The notes: generated by a model from the letters alone, not told the origin. A stretch of 63,454 bases of DNA, filler included, from Licmophora abbreviata (GCA_900291995.1; 14 parts of 14 records of this genome joined end to end with filler, not necessarily neighbours in it); one strand, 5' to 3'. Shown: positions 22,801-35,214, counted from the first letter of the whole stretch. A program made the numbers and translations.

Positions 22801-23577
22801 ATGGAGGTCGTACTTCGTGGTGTCTCATTGTCGGCACGTGTGAAAAGAACGTCGACACTTCTCTCGAACCGTATTGGAAACATTCGCTTGGAGCGCTTGC
22901 TAGGGGACCTTCGCTTGGAGCGGTCTGTCTGTGAACGAACGTTCGGAAGCACTGCTGTCGACTCGTCGAAAGACAGACTAGTTTCAACTACAAGAAGATG
23001 GGTGGAATCGATCGTAATTGCCGAAAAGCTCTGCCCATTCGCTCCGCCGCTGTTGCAGAACGATAGTCTACGAATCGTCTCATCCCAGTCGACCGACGAA
23101 ACGCAAGCTGTCGAGGAAGTGGCAGCCGAAGCGAATCTTCTCGTGGGAGAGGGGTGGGATTCTCAAACTAATGCACAGCGTCCAGAAACTACGCTGTTGG
23201 TTATAGATGCTCCTTTCGTACGGGATTTCCATGATTTTGTCCGCCTTTCCTGGACGCTTCAGTCGGATGCTGTGTTGGCGAATGGACACGCCGACAGACT
23301 GCAGCTGGTACTGTTTCATCCTCTGGCCACTCATCAAACATATTCTTCATTTTTAGAGGACAGCCCGGGAGATTACACCATACGCGCACCGTTTCCAACT
23401 GTACATTTGCTGCGTCAAGAGGATGTAACGAGAGCCGTAGCAAGCGGATACGCGAATCTGGAGAGTCTTCCGGCACGAAACCAGGCAAAACTCATCTCGC
23501 AAGGGCTGAACGTTTGCAAGTCGAGGTTAGATCGATGCTATTACGAGGCACATGACACCGAATGGATTTCAAGATGA
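22801..23577 (+). CDS. DUF1415-family protein with Arg/Ser-rich putative transit peptide
   Basis: TRRWVESIVIAEKLCPFA, ETTLLV, QLVLFHP, YTIRAPFPTVHLLRQEDV and N-terminal basic extension. Start uncertain (22684 or 22801). Confidence 0.8.
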   Translation: MEVVLRGVSLSARVKRTSTLLSNRIGNIRLERLLGDLRLERSVCERTFGSTAVDSSKDRLVSTTRRWVESIVIAEKLCPFAPPLLQNDSLRIVSSQSTDETQAVEEVAAEANLLVGEGWDSQTNAQRPETTLLVIDAPFVRDFHDFVRLSWTLQSDAVLANGHADRLQLVLFHPLATHQTYSSFLEDSPGDYTIRAPFPTVHLLRQEDVTRAVASGYANLESLPARNQAKLISQGLNVCKSRLDRCYYEAHDTEWISR

Positions 23578-23934
23578 CAATCGAGGCCTCCGTGTGTGTC
23601 TCTGTGACGCGAACACAGTGCGCGGTCAAGACGTATCTTTGTGACAACGGAAGCTAACTTATGTTCCGTATATGGCAAAATGAGAAAGCCTACGACGCAC
23701 ACTTCAAAAATGAATCTAGAAAGCAGTTTTCGATACTCTGAATGTCGACCATGATGGAATAGCCTTGTCGACGTTACGGTATAAGCAATTCTATCAAGCG
23801 GCGTCGCTCGACTCGGTGTCTCACTGATCGACTTGCATTTGGGCTACGAAATGCTGCGCGGTAGTCGTTGTACTTCGTACTGAGCCACAGGGCCCGTCCA
23901 CAACTTCAATGACTCTGCAATTTCGTGATTCCAT

Positions 23935-25284
23935 TTACCGTATGCGTCTCTTTCTCCTGGTACCGGGCTTGTCCCACGGGGCGGGGCCAAAATTGAGGGA
24001 CGCGAGCCATTTCTTGATCTTGCCCCACTTGCTATCAAAGTCGGGGCAACCCTCGCAGACCTTCGTCTGGAGGTTCTTAAGCTCCATGTGGCCATCATAC
24101 TTGACTTCTAAGGCATCCACAGGACCTGAGCAATCATTGATTAAATCGTCTTTCAGTCGGGTCCCGATGTATTCATCCAGCAACGTTTGGTACGCAACTG
24201 CTTCACTGTAGACAATCTCAGTGTTCTTGTACTTGCCACTGTCACTCTTCCTTCTCAGATGACGACGGGATCTAGCTGAAGGAACTGTGCCCAATGTGTA
24301 CGTGTTGGATTTCTGGTAGGACGCGCCCTCGTTTGTTGTGTAGAAGGCCTTGCCGGATGTCCCGAGCCGCGTCGATTTAACACCCGGAAAGTCACCTTCT
24401 GCAACTGTAATGGTCAATTTGAAGGACAAAAACTGGTCGACATTCCCATTGCTATTCACCAGCATCACGCCATCATTCTCGTTCATATTACTCCAGGAAG
24501 TCGTTCTGGCCTTGTTCAGCAGGTATACATCGTAGGGGGGGTCCATTTGGTATATGGTCCCTAGCGAGTACTGGTCGTCTATCTTGCCGTCACTACCAAA
24601 GATGATCACAGAGAAGCTAGACACATCCTGACCCTGTGGGACTGCTATCTCGATGAAATTGTCATCCCTGTACTCGATTTCAGAGAAAAATCCGATCGGA
24701 GTACTCTCAAAATAGTCGGAAGCACTGATTGCCCCGGGAATTCTCGCTGTTCTTGTGTGGTAGGAAGCCCCATCGTTAGTGGTGTAATGTACATCTTTAT
24801 CCTCGCCCAATACCAGGGTTGAGGTTTGACCATTGGCTGGGCCTGCTAAAGCGGTAATGGCTGACTTGAAAGCGATGAACTGCTCTACGTCATTGGCACC
24901 ATTAATCAAGGCAATTCCATCATATTTGTCAATATCAACAAAGCCGCTTGTCCTTTCCTCACTAAGGAGATAGATGTCCTTCCCCTGGACGGTTCGGACA
25001 ACCGGTCCAAGACTCAACACGCCATTGACTTGTCCCGCGCTGTCGTATATTAGCACCATGTTTGCGGAAGTGTCTGTACCTGCCGGGTACATGATTTCGA
25101 TGAAGTCGACTCCGTCGTAGACCGTCTCGGACACAAACCCAGTTTGGCTGGAACTCGACTGTCCGGATATAAGCGCCGAGCCGAAAGCCAAGTCCTGTGT
25201 CGCCTGGTATGTTTGACCTTCGTTCGCCGTATACCAGGCGATCTCGGATACGCCTGATGATGAATCTCCGCTGTCGCTTCCGCT
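23935..25284 (-). CDS. Protein with tandem lamin-tail-domain-like repeats (two complete, end of a third); 5' truncated by gap
   Basis: Repeat units GF.SE..Y....FIEI..P.G.D.S...V.I....G...DG..L.N....V.QF..FK..IT...G...G..ST.L....YTTN.GASY. The frame is open to the gap. Confidence 0.75.
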   Translation of the reverse strand, partial: SGSDSGDSSSGVSEIAWYTANEGQTYQATQDLAFGSALISGQSSSSQTGFVSETVYDGVDFIEIMYPAGTDTSANMVLIYDSAGQVNGVLSLGPVVRTVQGKDIYLLSEERTSGFVDIDKYDGIALINGANDVEQFIAFKSAITALAGPANGQTSTLVLGEDKDVHYTTNDGASYHTRTARIPGAISASDYFESTPIGFFSEIEYRDDNFIEIAVPQGQDVSSFSVIIFGSDGKIDDQYSLGTIYQMDPPYDVYLLNKARTTSWSNMNENDGVMLVNSNGNVDQFLSFKLTITVAEGDFPGVKSTRLGTSGKAFYTTNEGASYQKSNTYTLGTVPSARSRRHLRRKSDSGKYKNTEIVYSEAVAYQTLLDEYIGTRLKDDLINDCSGPVDALEVKYDGHMELKNLQTKVCEGCPDFDSKWGKIKKWLASLNFGPAPWDKPGTRRKRRIR

Positions 25285-25384
25285 NNNNNNNNNNNNNNNN
25301 NNNNNNNNNNNNNNNNNNNNNNNNNNNNTTAATTAATTAANNNNNNNNNNNNNNNNNNNNNNNNNNNNNNNNNNNNNNNNNNNN

Positions 25385-25982
25385 CCGTTGTGGGGATGGG
25401 CGTCGGCGCAGGAGTCGGACTTGGCGTAGGTTCCCGAGAGGGACTCTGCGTCGGTAACGCATCTTCATTCTCCAACGCATAGCTGCAATATTGACAAGAG
25501 CAGTATGTACTCTTGCAGTACGATGTGAAGAACAGAGTGATGTGCATGTTGGAATCACTTGTGCGACGATTGCCAGGATTGAATGGCTGAGGAATTGATA
25601 GATGGGATCCTTCCAACCAATCTTCGGTATCGACATCGATATGGTGTCTCCTCAGAAAGACAGTACCATGCGTCGCGAGTCTGTCCATGAGGTAGGTGGA
25701 AAAGTCGGGACCAGGACAAGAGAAATCAGCGGTTGTCTTCATGGGCTTTGGTAGCTCAAGAGCAATGACGTACACGACCGAGTCCTCGGGCATGTCTTGC
25801 CACTGAAACGCTCGTCGTTGGGTGTTTGTCGCGTTTTGGTCGACCACAATGCTTTTCGACGGTCGTCCTTCAGCCCAGTGTTCATTGTCCATCTCGCCCT
25901 GACGAGCAGCAACCAATGCATTCGCACTTGAGAAAAGTAAAAGGAGAAACAAAGGAAGCATGCGTGCTGTAGATCGGAACAT
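25385..25982 (-). CDS. Secreted protein N-terminus with Cys-containing domain and Pro/Thr linker; 3' truncated (possibly the 5' part of the 23935-25284 gene)
   Basis: Signal peptide MFRSTARMLPLFLLLLFSSANA; CKSTYCSCQYC; PTQSPSREPTPSPTPAPTPIPT at the contig edge. Confidence 0.68.
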
Positions 25983-26226
25983 TGTGATCGAAGAGAAGCA
26001 TAAACTAGTATGTAGTGGGTGGAGAGCGTTCATGCGTTCATGCGGAAAATGTGAGGGGCGTTGTAGTGGAAGTGCTCTGTGGGTGTATCAGAAAGGACCA
26101 AAGTACAGTTGACACTTGGGTTTTATTTATTGTTGGTCATGTGTTCGGCGACAATGCCAGCTGAAAGTGTCATTTTGAATGACCCATGACCGATCTGAGC
26201 GATGTTGAGATGATGAATCAATCTTC

Positions 26227-26254
26227 TTCCAAATTCCAAATTCCAAATTCCAAA
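26227..26254 (+). repeat. (TTCCAAA)4 tandem array in the divergent intergenic region upstream of TOP6A
   Basis: Direct reading: ttccaaattccaaattccaaattccaaa. Confidence 0.85.
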
Positions 26255-26454
26255 TCTTGAAATCTTGACCATTGTGGATCATACTCGTATTCAATTTGTG
26301 GGGCGACGGCAGCAAAACACTGTCGAAAGTCGGAAATGAAGAGGGAAGCGCCGTCTGTGAGCCTTGCTCTGTCCCTTTCGTGACACAGTAGAAAGTGTTG
26401 GTTCAGGCGGACTATCCGTCGCTCATTGTAAACAGAACTAAGGCCTTCTAAACC

Positions 26455-27971
26455 ATGTCCGGAAAGAAACGAGGCAGAACGACGACGGCCGCCTTGCCGG
26501 CTGCCCCCGCGGCTCGCAAGAAGAAAGCGGTCGTCCAAAAGGCCGACGATGCGGAGCAGGTCTTGGCCAAGTGTCGAACGTTCCGAAAGAAATTGCAAGA
26601 AAAGGCCGAAAGCCGAGAAGGGGCGACTTCCCAAAGAAGCAGAAGCAGTACTGCTTCGAGTACTCCAACTTCTTCTACGATCCCAAAGAACATTGTCGAA
26701 GTGGCGGAACTCCCGGAAGAGCACGTACTGGAGGGCATGGAAAGTATTGCCCTGAGGATTGCACGCCAAGTATTGAACAAGCAAAATATCACCATGGAAG
26801 TCCCGTCTCGTGCGGCGTCGAATCAAATATACGTCAAGGAATGGGACCGCATCGTGCTAGGCGACAAGCGATCGAGTCGAAGCTACATGAATGTCAAGGT
26901 ATGCATACAACGGCATGACTGGGCGTTTAATTGAAGTTCTTGTGCAACTTCTTCGTACCAACCCTCTTTTTCCTTCCTGCAGGAATCACGCAAGAGCGCC
27001 ATTACCCTCCGTGCTCTACAGCTGCTCCACGCTGTCTTGATGAAACGCATTCACATTACCAAGCGCGATTTGTTTTACACGGACGTCAAATTATTCGTCG
27101 ACCAGAGTGAAAGCGACGGTGTTCTGGACGATGTCGCGTGCATGATAGGCTGTACGCGAAGTAATTTGCATGTCGTGGCATCCGACAAGGGACTTGTCGT
27201 GGGACGGATCCAGTTTGAAGAAGATGGAGACTTTATTGATTGCACCAAAATGGGTGTGGGTGGAAAGGCGATCCCGCCGTATATCGACAAGATTGAAAAC
27301 ATTCAGAGCGATGCCGAGTTTGTGCTCTTGGTGGAAAAGGAAGCTGCGTACATGCGCATGGCGGTGAGTGCGTAGAAGGCTCAAGGCGAATTGAATGGCT
27401 ACCATGGCAGTGGCGGTAGCCACGTCGAAGGTCTCGCTGACATTGCTTCGTATCGATCGTTTCACACCTCGTTCTCTCGCAGGAGGATCGTTTTTATCAC
27501 AAGTACCCTTGCATTGTCATTACCGCCAAGGGACAGCCCGACGTGGCGACGCGAATGTTCCTGTCGCGTCTTACGGCGGAACTTAAAATTCCGGTCCTCG
27601 GACTCGTCGACTCTGATCCGTACGGACTCAAGATTCTCTCCGTTTACATGAGTGGATCGAAAAACATGAGCTACGACAGCGCCAGTTTGACGACTCCCGA
27701 CATTCAGTGGTTGGGATTGCGTCCCAGCGATCTCGACAGATACAATCTTCCCGAGCAGTGTCGGTTGGACATGACAGAGAATGATATCAAGACTGGAAAG
27801 GAGCTATTGAAGGAAGATTTCATCATGAAGAATCCACAGTGGATGAAGGAACTACAGATCATGGTCAAGACGAAAAAGAAGGCCGAGATTCAGGCGTTGT
27901 CATCGTTTGGGTTTCAGTACATTACGGAAGAGTATTTGCCCCGAAAGTTGCGAGAGGGAGATTGGATCTAA
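26455..27971 (+). CDS. SPO11-3: DNA topoisomerase VI subunit A (SPO11-3 type); exons 26455-26898, 26983-27363, 27483-27971
   Basis: [21 protein letters not shown] (catalytic Tyr), [26 protein letters not shown] (Toprim DxD) and [11 protein letters not shown]. Introns splice in frame. Confidence 0.95.
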
Positions 27972-28334
27972 ACATTGAAGGAGATTGCGCATGAGGCGAT
28001 ACTCGGCAATCTGCTGGATTCAAGCAAGTCGTTCGCACCCAACGCGACTAGACTAGTACGATGTAAATACTGGTAATGGCTACTTTGGGCTTTCCTTCCA
28101 ATTGTGAGGATCGTGGCGCGAGATTGTGTTTTAAACGGTGGCCCATGACCAGTGTGACGTGTTCGCGTGAGCCCGCGCTGATGTTCGCGGGGAAACCTTT
28201 AGAGAGAGAACGCGAAGGCGACAGTGTAGACAGTCAGCGCATGCCATCATTGCCGTCATCCTTGCAAGCATCTGCACTCTAGTGTCTACCGTAGCAACCT
28301 TACAGTTCCTCTTCCCTTCTCCGATCACTCCGCC

Positions 28335-28691
28335 ATGAAGATCCTTTTCGCCCGCTGCCTGTTGCTTCTGCTCGCTTGCTCAACCGCCGCTGCGTTCACG
28401 TCGTCGTCGACGTTTGCAGGGAGCCGCTTGTCCACCCGCACGACCAATGTATCCGGGCTACAAATGTTCTTTGGCCCCAAGGACGACGGATCTCCTGGGG
28501 ACTACCTTTGCCTGGACTGCGGCTACGTCTTTACCAAAGGCCCCGAAGCGTGGGCGAAGCTTCCGGACAACTGGTCGTGCCCTCCGTGTGGGTCGATCAA
28601 GAGACGTTTCAAGAAGGTGCCAAAGGGAAGTGAAAGTGGCAAGGTTACGACGAAAAAGTCCGAAAAGAAAAGTGGGGGATGGTTTAGTTAG
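28335..28691 (+). CDS. Plastid-targeted rubredoxin-like protein
   Basis: Signal peptide ending AAAF plus transit peptide; Y.CLDCGYVF...W..LPDNWSCPPCG..K.RF. Confidence 0.88.
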   Translation: MKILFARCLLLLLACSTAAAFTSSSTFAGSRLSTRTTNVSGLQMFFGPKDDGSPGDYLCLDCGYVFTKGPEAWAKLPDNWSCPPCGSIKRRFKKVPKGSESGKVTTKKSEKKSGGWFS

Positions 28692-28928
28692 ACATGGGCC
28701 GGGCATTGTCGCGTTTGAACCGAGTGCTAGAGGCGAACGCATCTACTTTTTCCTGTAAGACACGTGAGCTGCTCGGAGGCTTGTGGTCGAGATACGGGTA
28801 CAGAAACGGAACCTGTCAGAACAGAACGATGTCAAAAGCGAGCTAATGACTACCTCAATAATTAATTGCAATCTTCCATCAGTCTTCGTTCTGCAATACA
28901 GCTCTACGTCACGCTCCCTCCGATTCGA

Positions 28929-31900
28929 CTACACCTCTTGTTCCAGATCCTTCGCTCCGCCGGCTCTCAACTTGTTGGTCATCTTTTCAACACTGGCTCT
29001 GAGATTTCCAGCCGTGCGCTTGCGTCGACTGTTCGCCAGGGCGTCCTTCATGACAAGATCCAATCGCAGTCCTCGGTCGGTTGTTCGTTCGTCAACGTGA
29101 TCTTGCCCCTTTGGAGCCAAGTCCTTGAGCGTCTTGAGCATGTCGGGGTCGTCAATCAGCTCGTAAATCTTGGACTCGTCCTTGGGGTTCATCGTGTGGA
29201 ATAGGTTTCCAACCATGGCTTTCGTGACATCCGTGTCCTTGATGCGCTTCTGGAATTCCCATATCAACTCAGTGGGATCCGTGTCCTTCATACCACAAGC
29301 GACGGCCATAAACTTAAGGATAAGGGTCATGATGCTAAATTCTGCTTCCACGACACGGGAGAGTGCAGGAAAAGTACCAACGAGGCCTGCAAAGTAGTCG
29401 TGAAATACAGCAACGTCTGCGGTTATTCTCTGGTGTGCCTTGACCGGATCCTTGAAAGACGACTCTTTTTGACTCTTCTTTTCTGCCTTGAGCACAAGTC
29501 TGCGAATGTAAAAGTTGAGCGTCGAAATAACAAGCGCGTCTACCACCTTGCGCACCATGAGATCCTCAAGCCATACTTCCAAGTCGCTCATATAGTCCTC
29601 TAGAGTTCGAACAATGGTCAAGGCAAGTTCATTGTGCGTCAAAGTGTCTTCCCACTCTTCGCCGAAGAGCGCGTCGCCAACTTCCTCTTCAATCGGCTCA
29701 AAGACGAAAAAGTGGACACGCTGCGCCGCAAAAACTGCATCTGTACTATACAGCTGCAGCAAGCTGTTGGACTGCTCGTACAAGTCATCAATGCTTTGGT
29801 CCGACAAGTTCGTGGCATCTCGCAGTTCTGCAAGAATGTCTTCGCATGAATCGCTCATGCGCAAAAAATCATTCGCCGCAGCACAGCACGTCTCCAAGTC
29901 GACAAGAAACTTGTCGCGGTGCATGCGCTGCTGTAGCGTTAGACTGTTGAAGATAATATTGACCGCCAGCACCATCACATCGGAACGCTTGGTAAGGCGT
30001 TCGCGAATGGTCCGCAACTGTACGCCCGCGAGCGAGTAAACGTCTTCGCACAAGGATGTAATAAGACGACCCTCCTCCGTCTGTGTCTTGGCATGTTCCG
30101 CTCTGTGTGTAAGAAAAACGGGTGTTAATATCGAAGTTAGTGACCCAGGGACAATTGCGTACTGAAGATTCAATAGCATCGCAATAAAAAACACGTACTT
30201 GTAAACGTTCACGAGCCACTCCTCAGTCTGAAGCTGAGTACGCGCAATGAATTCCGTTTGTGCGAGCTGCTTGACTTCCACCATGGCGCCGCTCACCGAC
30301 ACAACACTGTCCTTGGCGCGTTCTACATCGATTTCCTTTCCATCACCATGAAGCAAGTTCGCTCCCGACGCATCGTACGATGTGCTTGTCAAAATCATGC
30401 TGCTCGTCCGGGCCAGGTCAACGTCAGGAAAGGCATCTTGGATTCTCTCAAAGAAATTCTCGATCCATGCCACAAGGTCGAGCAGTTGTGTGACGGTAAG
30501 AGTATGTAGGCGACGGCCATCTCGTCCCCCAATCTGTTGAAACAAGTTCTGCGAGCTGACGCGCGCCACGACGCTGGTCCACAAAGCCTCGACAGCCCAG
30601 TCCACGGGGAAGCAGGGAGCCATCTGCCGATGGACAAAGTCCATTTCGTTGGTAAGCTCATTCGACGCTTTGAGGACGGCATTGAACGCAGCCGTTGCGG
30701 CATCTTCACCTGCCTCGTCGGCAGCCTGAAAGCAACGAAGGAAAATTCGCAGATATGATGTTAGCAAACTAATGCCAATCAAGGCAAATCACAAACGTCG
30801 CAAGCCAACTCTCTCATCATCGACCAAACGCACCATTTGTTGTGTTTCCTGAAAGACCTGCAAGCCACGCTCTTCAAAATCTTCACATATCTTTTCCAGC
30901 GCCGACCTTCGCATCTCCGTAAAGTACAGTCGTTGTGAACTACTCAATTCCCCGTGCAGCTCCTTGAACTCGCCAGCTTTGGCTTCGTACAGCTCAATCG
31001 CTTCCACCAAGGCCACCATACCCGCTCGATTGTTCATGGCCAAATCAAACGTTGTTCCAACACCGCTCAGCACACGCAATTTAATTTCATCCCCTAACTC
31101 CCACACGTTGGCCGCATGTTCTTCCAAGAAGCGATCGACCGAATCATGCGTCTTGCCTCCATAGAGCGATGTCGATGGCGTATCGCGTCGCCTATTCCGT
31201 CCCAGATTCGCATGACGATACGATCGATCATCCGTGTCGTCGATACGCTTCTTCATTCCCGCTTCCGCTTCCACCAAGAAGACTTCCAACTCGACATGTT
31301 CTCGACACACACTACGCAGGGTCTGCCATTCGTTCTCTTGCCATTCCGAATTGTGCATATCCTCTCGCAGCCGATCGCACGTTGCCGGAATCTGAGCAAA
31401 GAAATCGAGTTCCCGAAAGCACCTTGCCAAATTGCGTCTCGCATGAATGGCCGTCTTCAACTTGGGGTAGTTCGCCAGCAACGCCGTCGCACCTTCGTCC
31501 ATGCCGGAGTGATTCTGCGTGAGGTACGTGGTAAGATCCCTCAATTTCCCCAAATCACCCTTGGTCTTGGTGACGGCATGGACCAATTCTTGTACTTCAC
31601 TTCCCGACGCAGCCACACCATCGTTTAATCGCGCATTGATGAGCGCGAGTTCTCGGGACGTCGACTCGCGCAACTTCATAATTTCCTTGTCCATCTTCAA
31701 GTCCGCAATCGGAAATCCTCCCGCGCTTATTTCGACACCTTCACTGCTCTTGACGGACTGATCATCGGCACTACCAGTATTGGCAGTAGCAAGAATATTG
31801 GCAGGCTGGACCCACAGTTCGTCCATGAGCGCTTCATCATAGATCCACGTCGATACGATCCCGATCGCTCGGTCGTCTGCCTTGCGTTCAAAGTCAATCA

Positions 31901-32699
31901 AGGGAAGGTTCTGTACCGCAGTAGGGATATCAGGCAGTTCTGCAGGCCGCGTCACTGGTGTCGATTGGGAAGGAGTATTATTAGTATTGTTGTAATTGGC
32001 ACTGCCGTTGGCGTCTTCCAACTCTCTCTGATCAATGGTTTCATAATAGACTTGTTGCACTTGATGATAGGAATCAAAAGGCCACTGTGGAATCTTGGCC
32101 ACTTTCTTTTTTCGTAGAGTCGTCGTCCGTGGAGGTGTAAAGGTGGTAGTGGTGGACTGAGTCAAAAGGGTGGGCACTGCACTGCCGCTTCCATTGGGAG
32201 CGTGGTCCGCTTCCGATACACCCCGCAACCACTGATTCGTCACTTGCCCCGCACGTCGCAAGGCTTCCGCTGTGGCCGAGGGTCGTGGTGGGTTATTGAG
32301 TTGCTGTTTGGCGGCAGATCCAAAGCTGGTTGTGGCATCCATCCCAGCCAGTATAGGCGCGTCACTGCTGTCGGTACTCTTGCTGAATCCAGCATCAAAT
32401 TCAAAGGGATTGGTCGCCGCCCGTCCTCGCTGTGTGGAAGTAGTAGCTTCAAAGGGATCCAGTGGTCCACTATTGGCAGAAGTAGTAGTAGTAGTAGTAG
32501 TAGGTTGTCCAGTCGTACGAGCGCGGCGCGTGGGATTGGCGGAGAGCGACGAGGGACGTCGGAGTCCTTCCTCCTTGGCTGCAGCATCCTGTTGATCCCA
32601 AGAAGCACTGTTGCTCGCAAAGGGATTGGTTTTGGGATGAGTCTGAGCTCTTCGGCCACCGTCATCGTCCGATGAGTCGTCGGCAAAGGGATTTGTCAT
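28929..32699 (-). CDS. SEC6: Exocyst component Sec6/EXOC3-like protein; introns ~30726-30833 and 30103-30198
   Basis: Long helical protein with MAPCFPVDW, LLDLVAWI, GRLIT...EDVYS, CCAAANDF, LF..EW and IVRTLEDYMSD. Low-complexity N-terminus with NPF motifs. Confidence 0.7.
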
Positions 32700-33191
32700 G
32701 GTGAGCAGGCTGGAAATGAAAGCAAAACACAAGAAGTAGGGGAATGTGAATACTGTAGCAACAACAAAGCAAACAACGCTTCTCAATTCTACTCAATTCG
32801 ACACGAAGGATTGATTTCCAAAGTTGCCAAGTATTGCGCGCCTGCCTCGTCATGTTGGCCTGCGTTGGAATTCAACGGAGTTCGCTTCAAGAGAACTGTA
32901 CGAAATCTCCATCCTTGTCGAGCTCCCAAGTGTCAAACGAGCTCTCGTCCTGGAATGAATCAATCCATCGCCCAAACGGCGGGATCCTCAAACGGTCATT
33001 TGCCCAGTCCCCTTTCTACGTAGATTCCGTACCACGGTGTACAGGCACGCGCGAATCTAGAAGAGAGCTGTATCGCTGTATCGTCGTCCACGACCACAAC
33101 AACAGCACACGCACCAAACGAGCGGTCTCTTGCCGGCTTGTAGTTCGAAGTAGCAGTTGTGTGCGTCTTCTAGTCTACTCTTTTCATCCTC

Positions 33192-34970
33192 ATGACGTCT
33201 ACTACCTCTGCTACCAACGGAAGCAACGGCAATCACGCTGGTGCCGTCACAGCCACGACAAAGGACGTGATTCTGTGGGACGCCGACATGCTCATGGGCA
33301 AGACGGCCTATCCGCACGACCATGCCGGGCTTCCCACCAGTCCCAACACCAAGCGACGCTTGCTGGGGGGACGTCGTGCCAGTGCCAAGCACCAGCAACA
33401 AGCTACTGACAAGCCAGACCCGCACATGTGGGGGATTCCAGGACACATGACGCAAGAAGAGACGGCTGTCTTTGTAAGTTTTGGCTAGACCAGACTAGAC
33501 TCGACTAGACTAGACTAGATTCACTACCAAGTGAGACTAGACTAGATTCACACGTTCACACGCTCTTCTCACTGAATACTACTTCTTTCTTTCTTTCTCT
33601 CTCTCTCTAGATGAAATTCCGCGACGAAATGGAGAAACGAGGCGGCGAGTTCCGAAAGACCATTTTTTCCTTTGGCGAAATGGAAGACGAAGCCTTCACG
33701 CTCTCTCGATGGCTCCGCGCACGCAAGTTTGTCCTCGACGATGTCCTTCAGATGGTCCAAGAGGCCACGGAATGTCGCGACACACCGCGTCAGCATGACT
33801 TTTATCCCGATTGTACGCAGGCGCTCGGCTGCGACAGTGCGCTCTACTACTCCCTCTACCCCCAGGTCTACACGGGATGGGCCAAGAATGGAGCACCCTT
33901 GTTTATTAGCAAGCCGGGCATCTTGAATGTCGACGGGATGGATTGTATCACCACACTGGATGGAATTATCAAGTTTCATTGGCACATTATGATTCATGAC
34001 TTTGCCAAAAAGTTGAAAAAGTGTCAAGAGGAGGATCCGACCTTTAAACGGTGAGCTCTATCATAGTACAAGTCTGGCCTTTCTCAAATTTTCAAAGGGC
34101 GTACCTGGTACTAACGAGTCTCTCTCACACTCACACACACACACACACACAGCTTTGAATGCTTTTGTGTCTTGGATCTCGCGCACTTGACTACGACCCA
34201 GCTTGGAAGTCGCGCGCTCGCCATCATCAAGGAACAGTCCTTTATCGATTCTCTCTGCTTCCCCGAAACGCTCTCCAAAATGATGGTCGTCAATGCGCCT
34301 CGCTTCTTTGCAGCCTCCTGGCGCCTCATTCGCGGATGGCTCGACCCTCGGACGGCGGGAAAAGTCGAAGTGCTCAGCGGACGTGGCTCGTGGGAGAAAC
34401 GCTTGAAGGAATTGGTCGATGCCGATAAGCTGCCGAGTGACTATGGTGGGACGGGACTTAGTACTGATAATATCATTGAATCGTCGTATGAAGGAGGCAT
34501 GACACGACTCGACACGGACATGTTGTATCTTCGGTGCGTGCCCGTATGAGAATCAGAGTGTGTGTATAGTGGTTGTTGTCGTCGCTACTACTGTTGGATG
34601 TTATTTTTTCATCAACATTATCATCTCACGACGCCCTTTGTGTGCTCGTATTGTGTGTGACAGCGGCCATGGCTCGTCGACAGCCGACGTCAAAGCCGAC
34701 GAGGAGGTGGAGATTGAAGTCTGGACACGCAACACATCCGGCGCTGCCTTTTCCGTCACGCATCCCCATTCCAAGGACAAGCCCTTTATCGAAGGCGTGG
34801 AAGTCAAACATGGTGGCACGTCGGATGTCAAGGAGTATCCGACCAAGGTACCCATTACCACCACGCGTATTGCCGGTCCGTGCAAGATCAAGGTCAAGGG
34901 CGATTCCCATGCGGGAAGATTCTCTACGGCCAATTTTTTCGTGGCGTATCGGTACTACAAGAAGAACTAG
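33192..34970 (+). CDS. Sec14/CRAL-TRIO lipid-binding protein with C-terminal beta domain; exons 33192-33473, 33611-34050, 34153-34533, 34664-34970
   Basis: PGHMTQEE, RWLRARKF, FPETLSKMMVVNAPRFF..W.LIRGWLDPRT..K and LPSDYGG. Splice phases are consistent. Confidence 0.9.
33485..33547 (+). repeat. Imperfect (TAGAC)n intronic microsatellite
   Basis: ctagaccagactagactcgactagactagactagat...gactagactagat in Sec14 intron 1. Confidence 0.75.
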
Positions 34971-35214
34971 AGGAGAGCGAGAGGAACGACTTGTAGACGA
35001 ACCTTTTGAAGTATGAAACGACTTTGCGATAGTCGTCGTTGCGTAAGAGCTTGAGTCGATGATACGGACGAGGAGAACGCACAAGCGTCTCGTTGACCTT
35101 GCATATACGATAGACCCTACTCTAGCAGCGTAACGCATGTTTAGTTTTCGTGTGGCGGAACTGCGTTCAACCTAGGAGTGTGAGTAGTAATTCTGTGGCT
35201 ACCTTTCAAAATCA

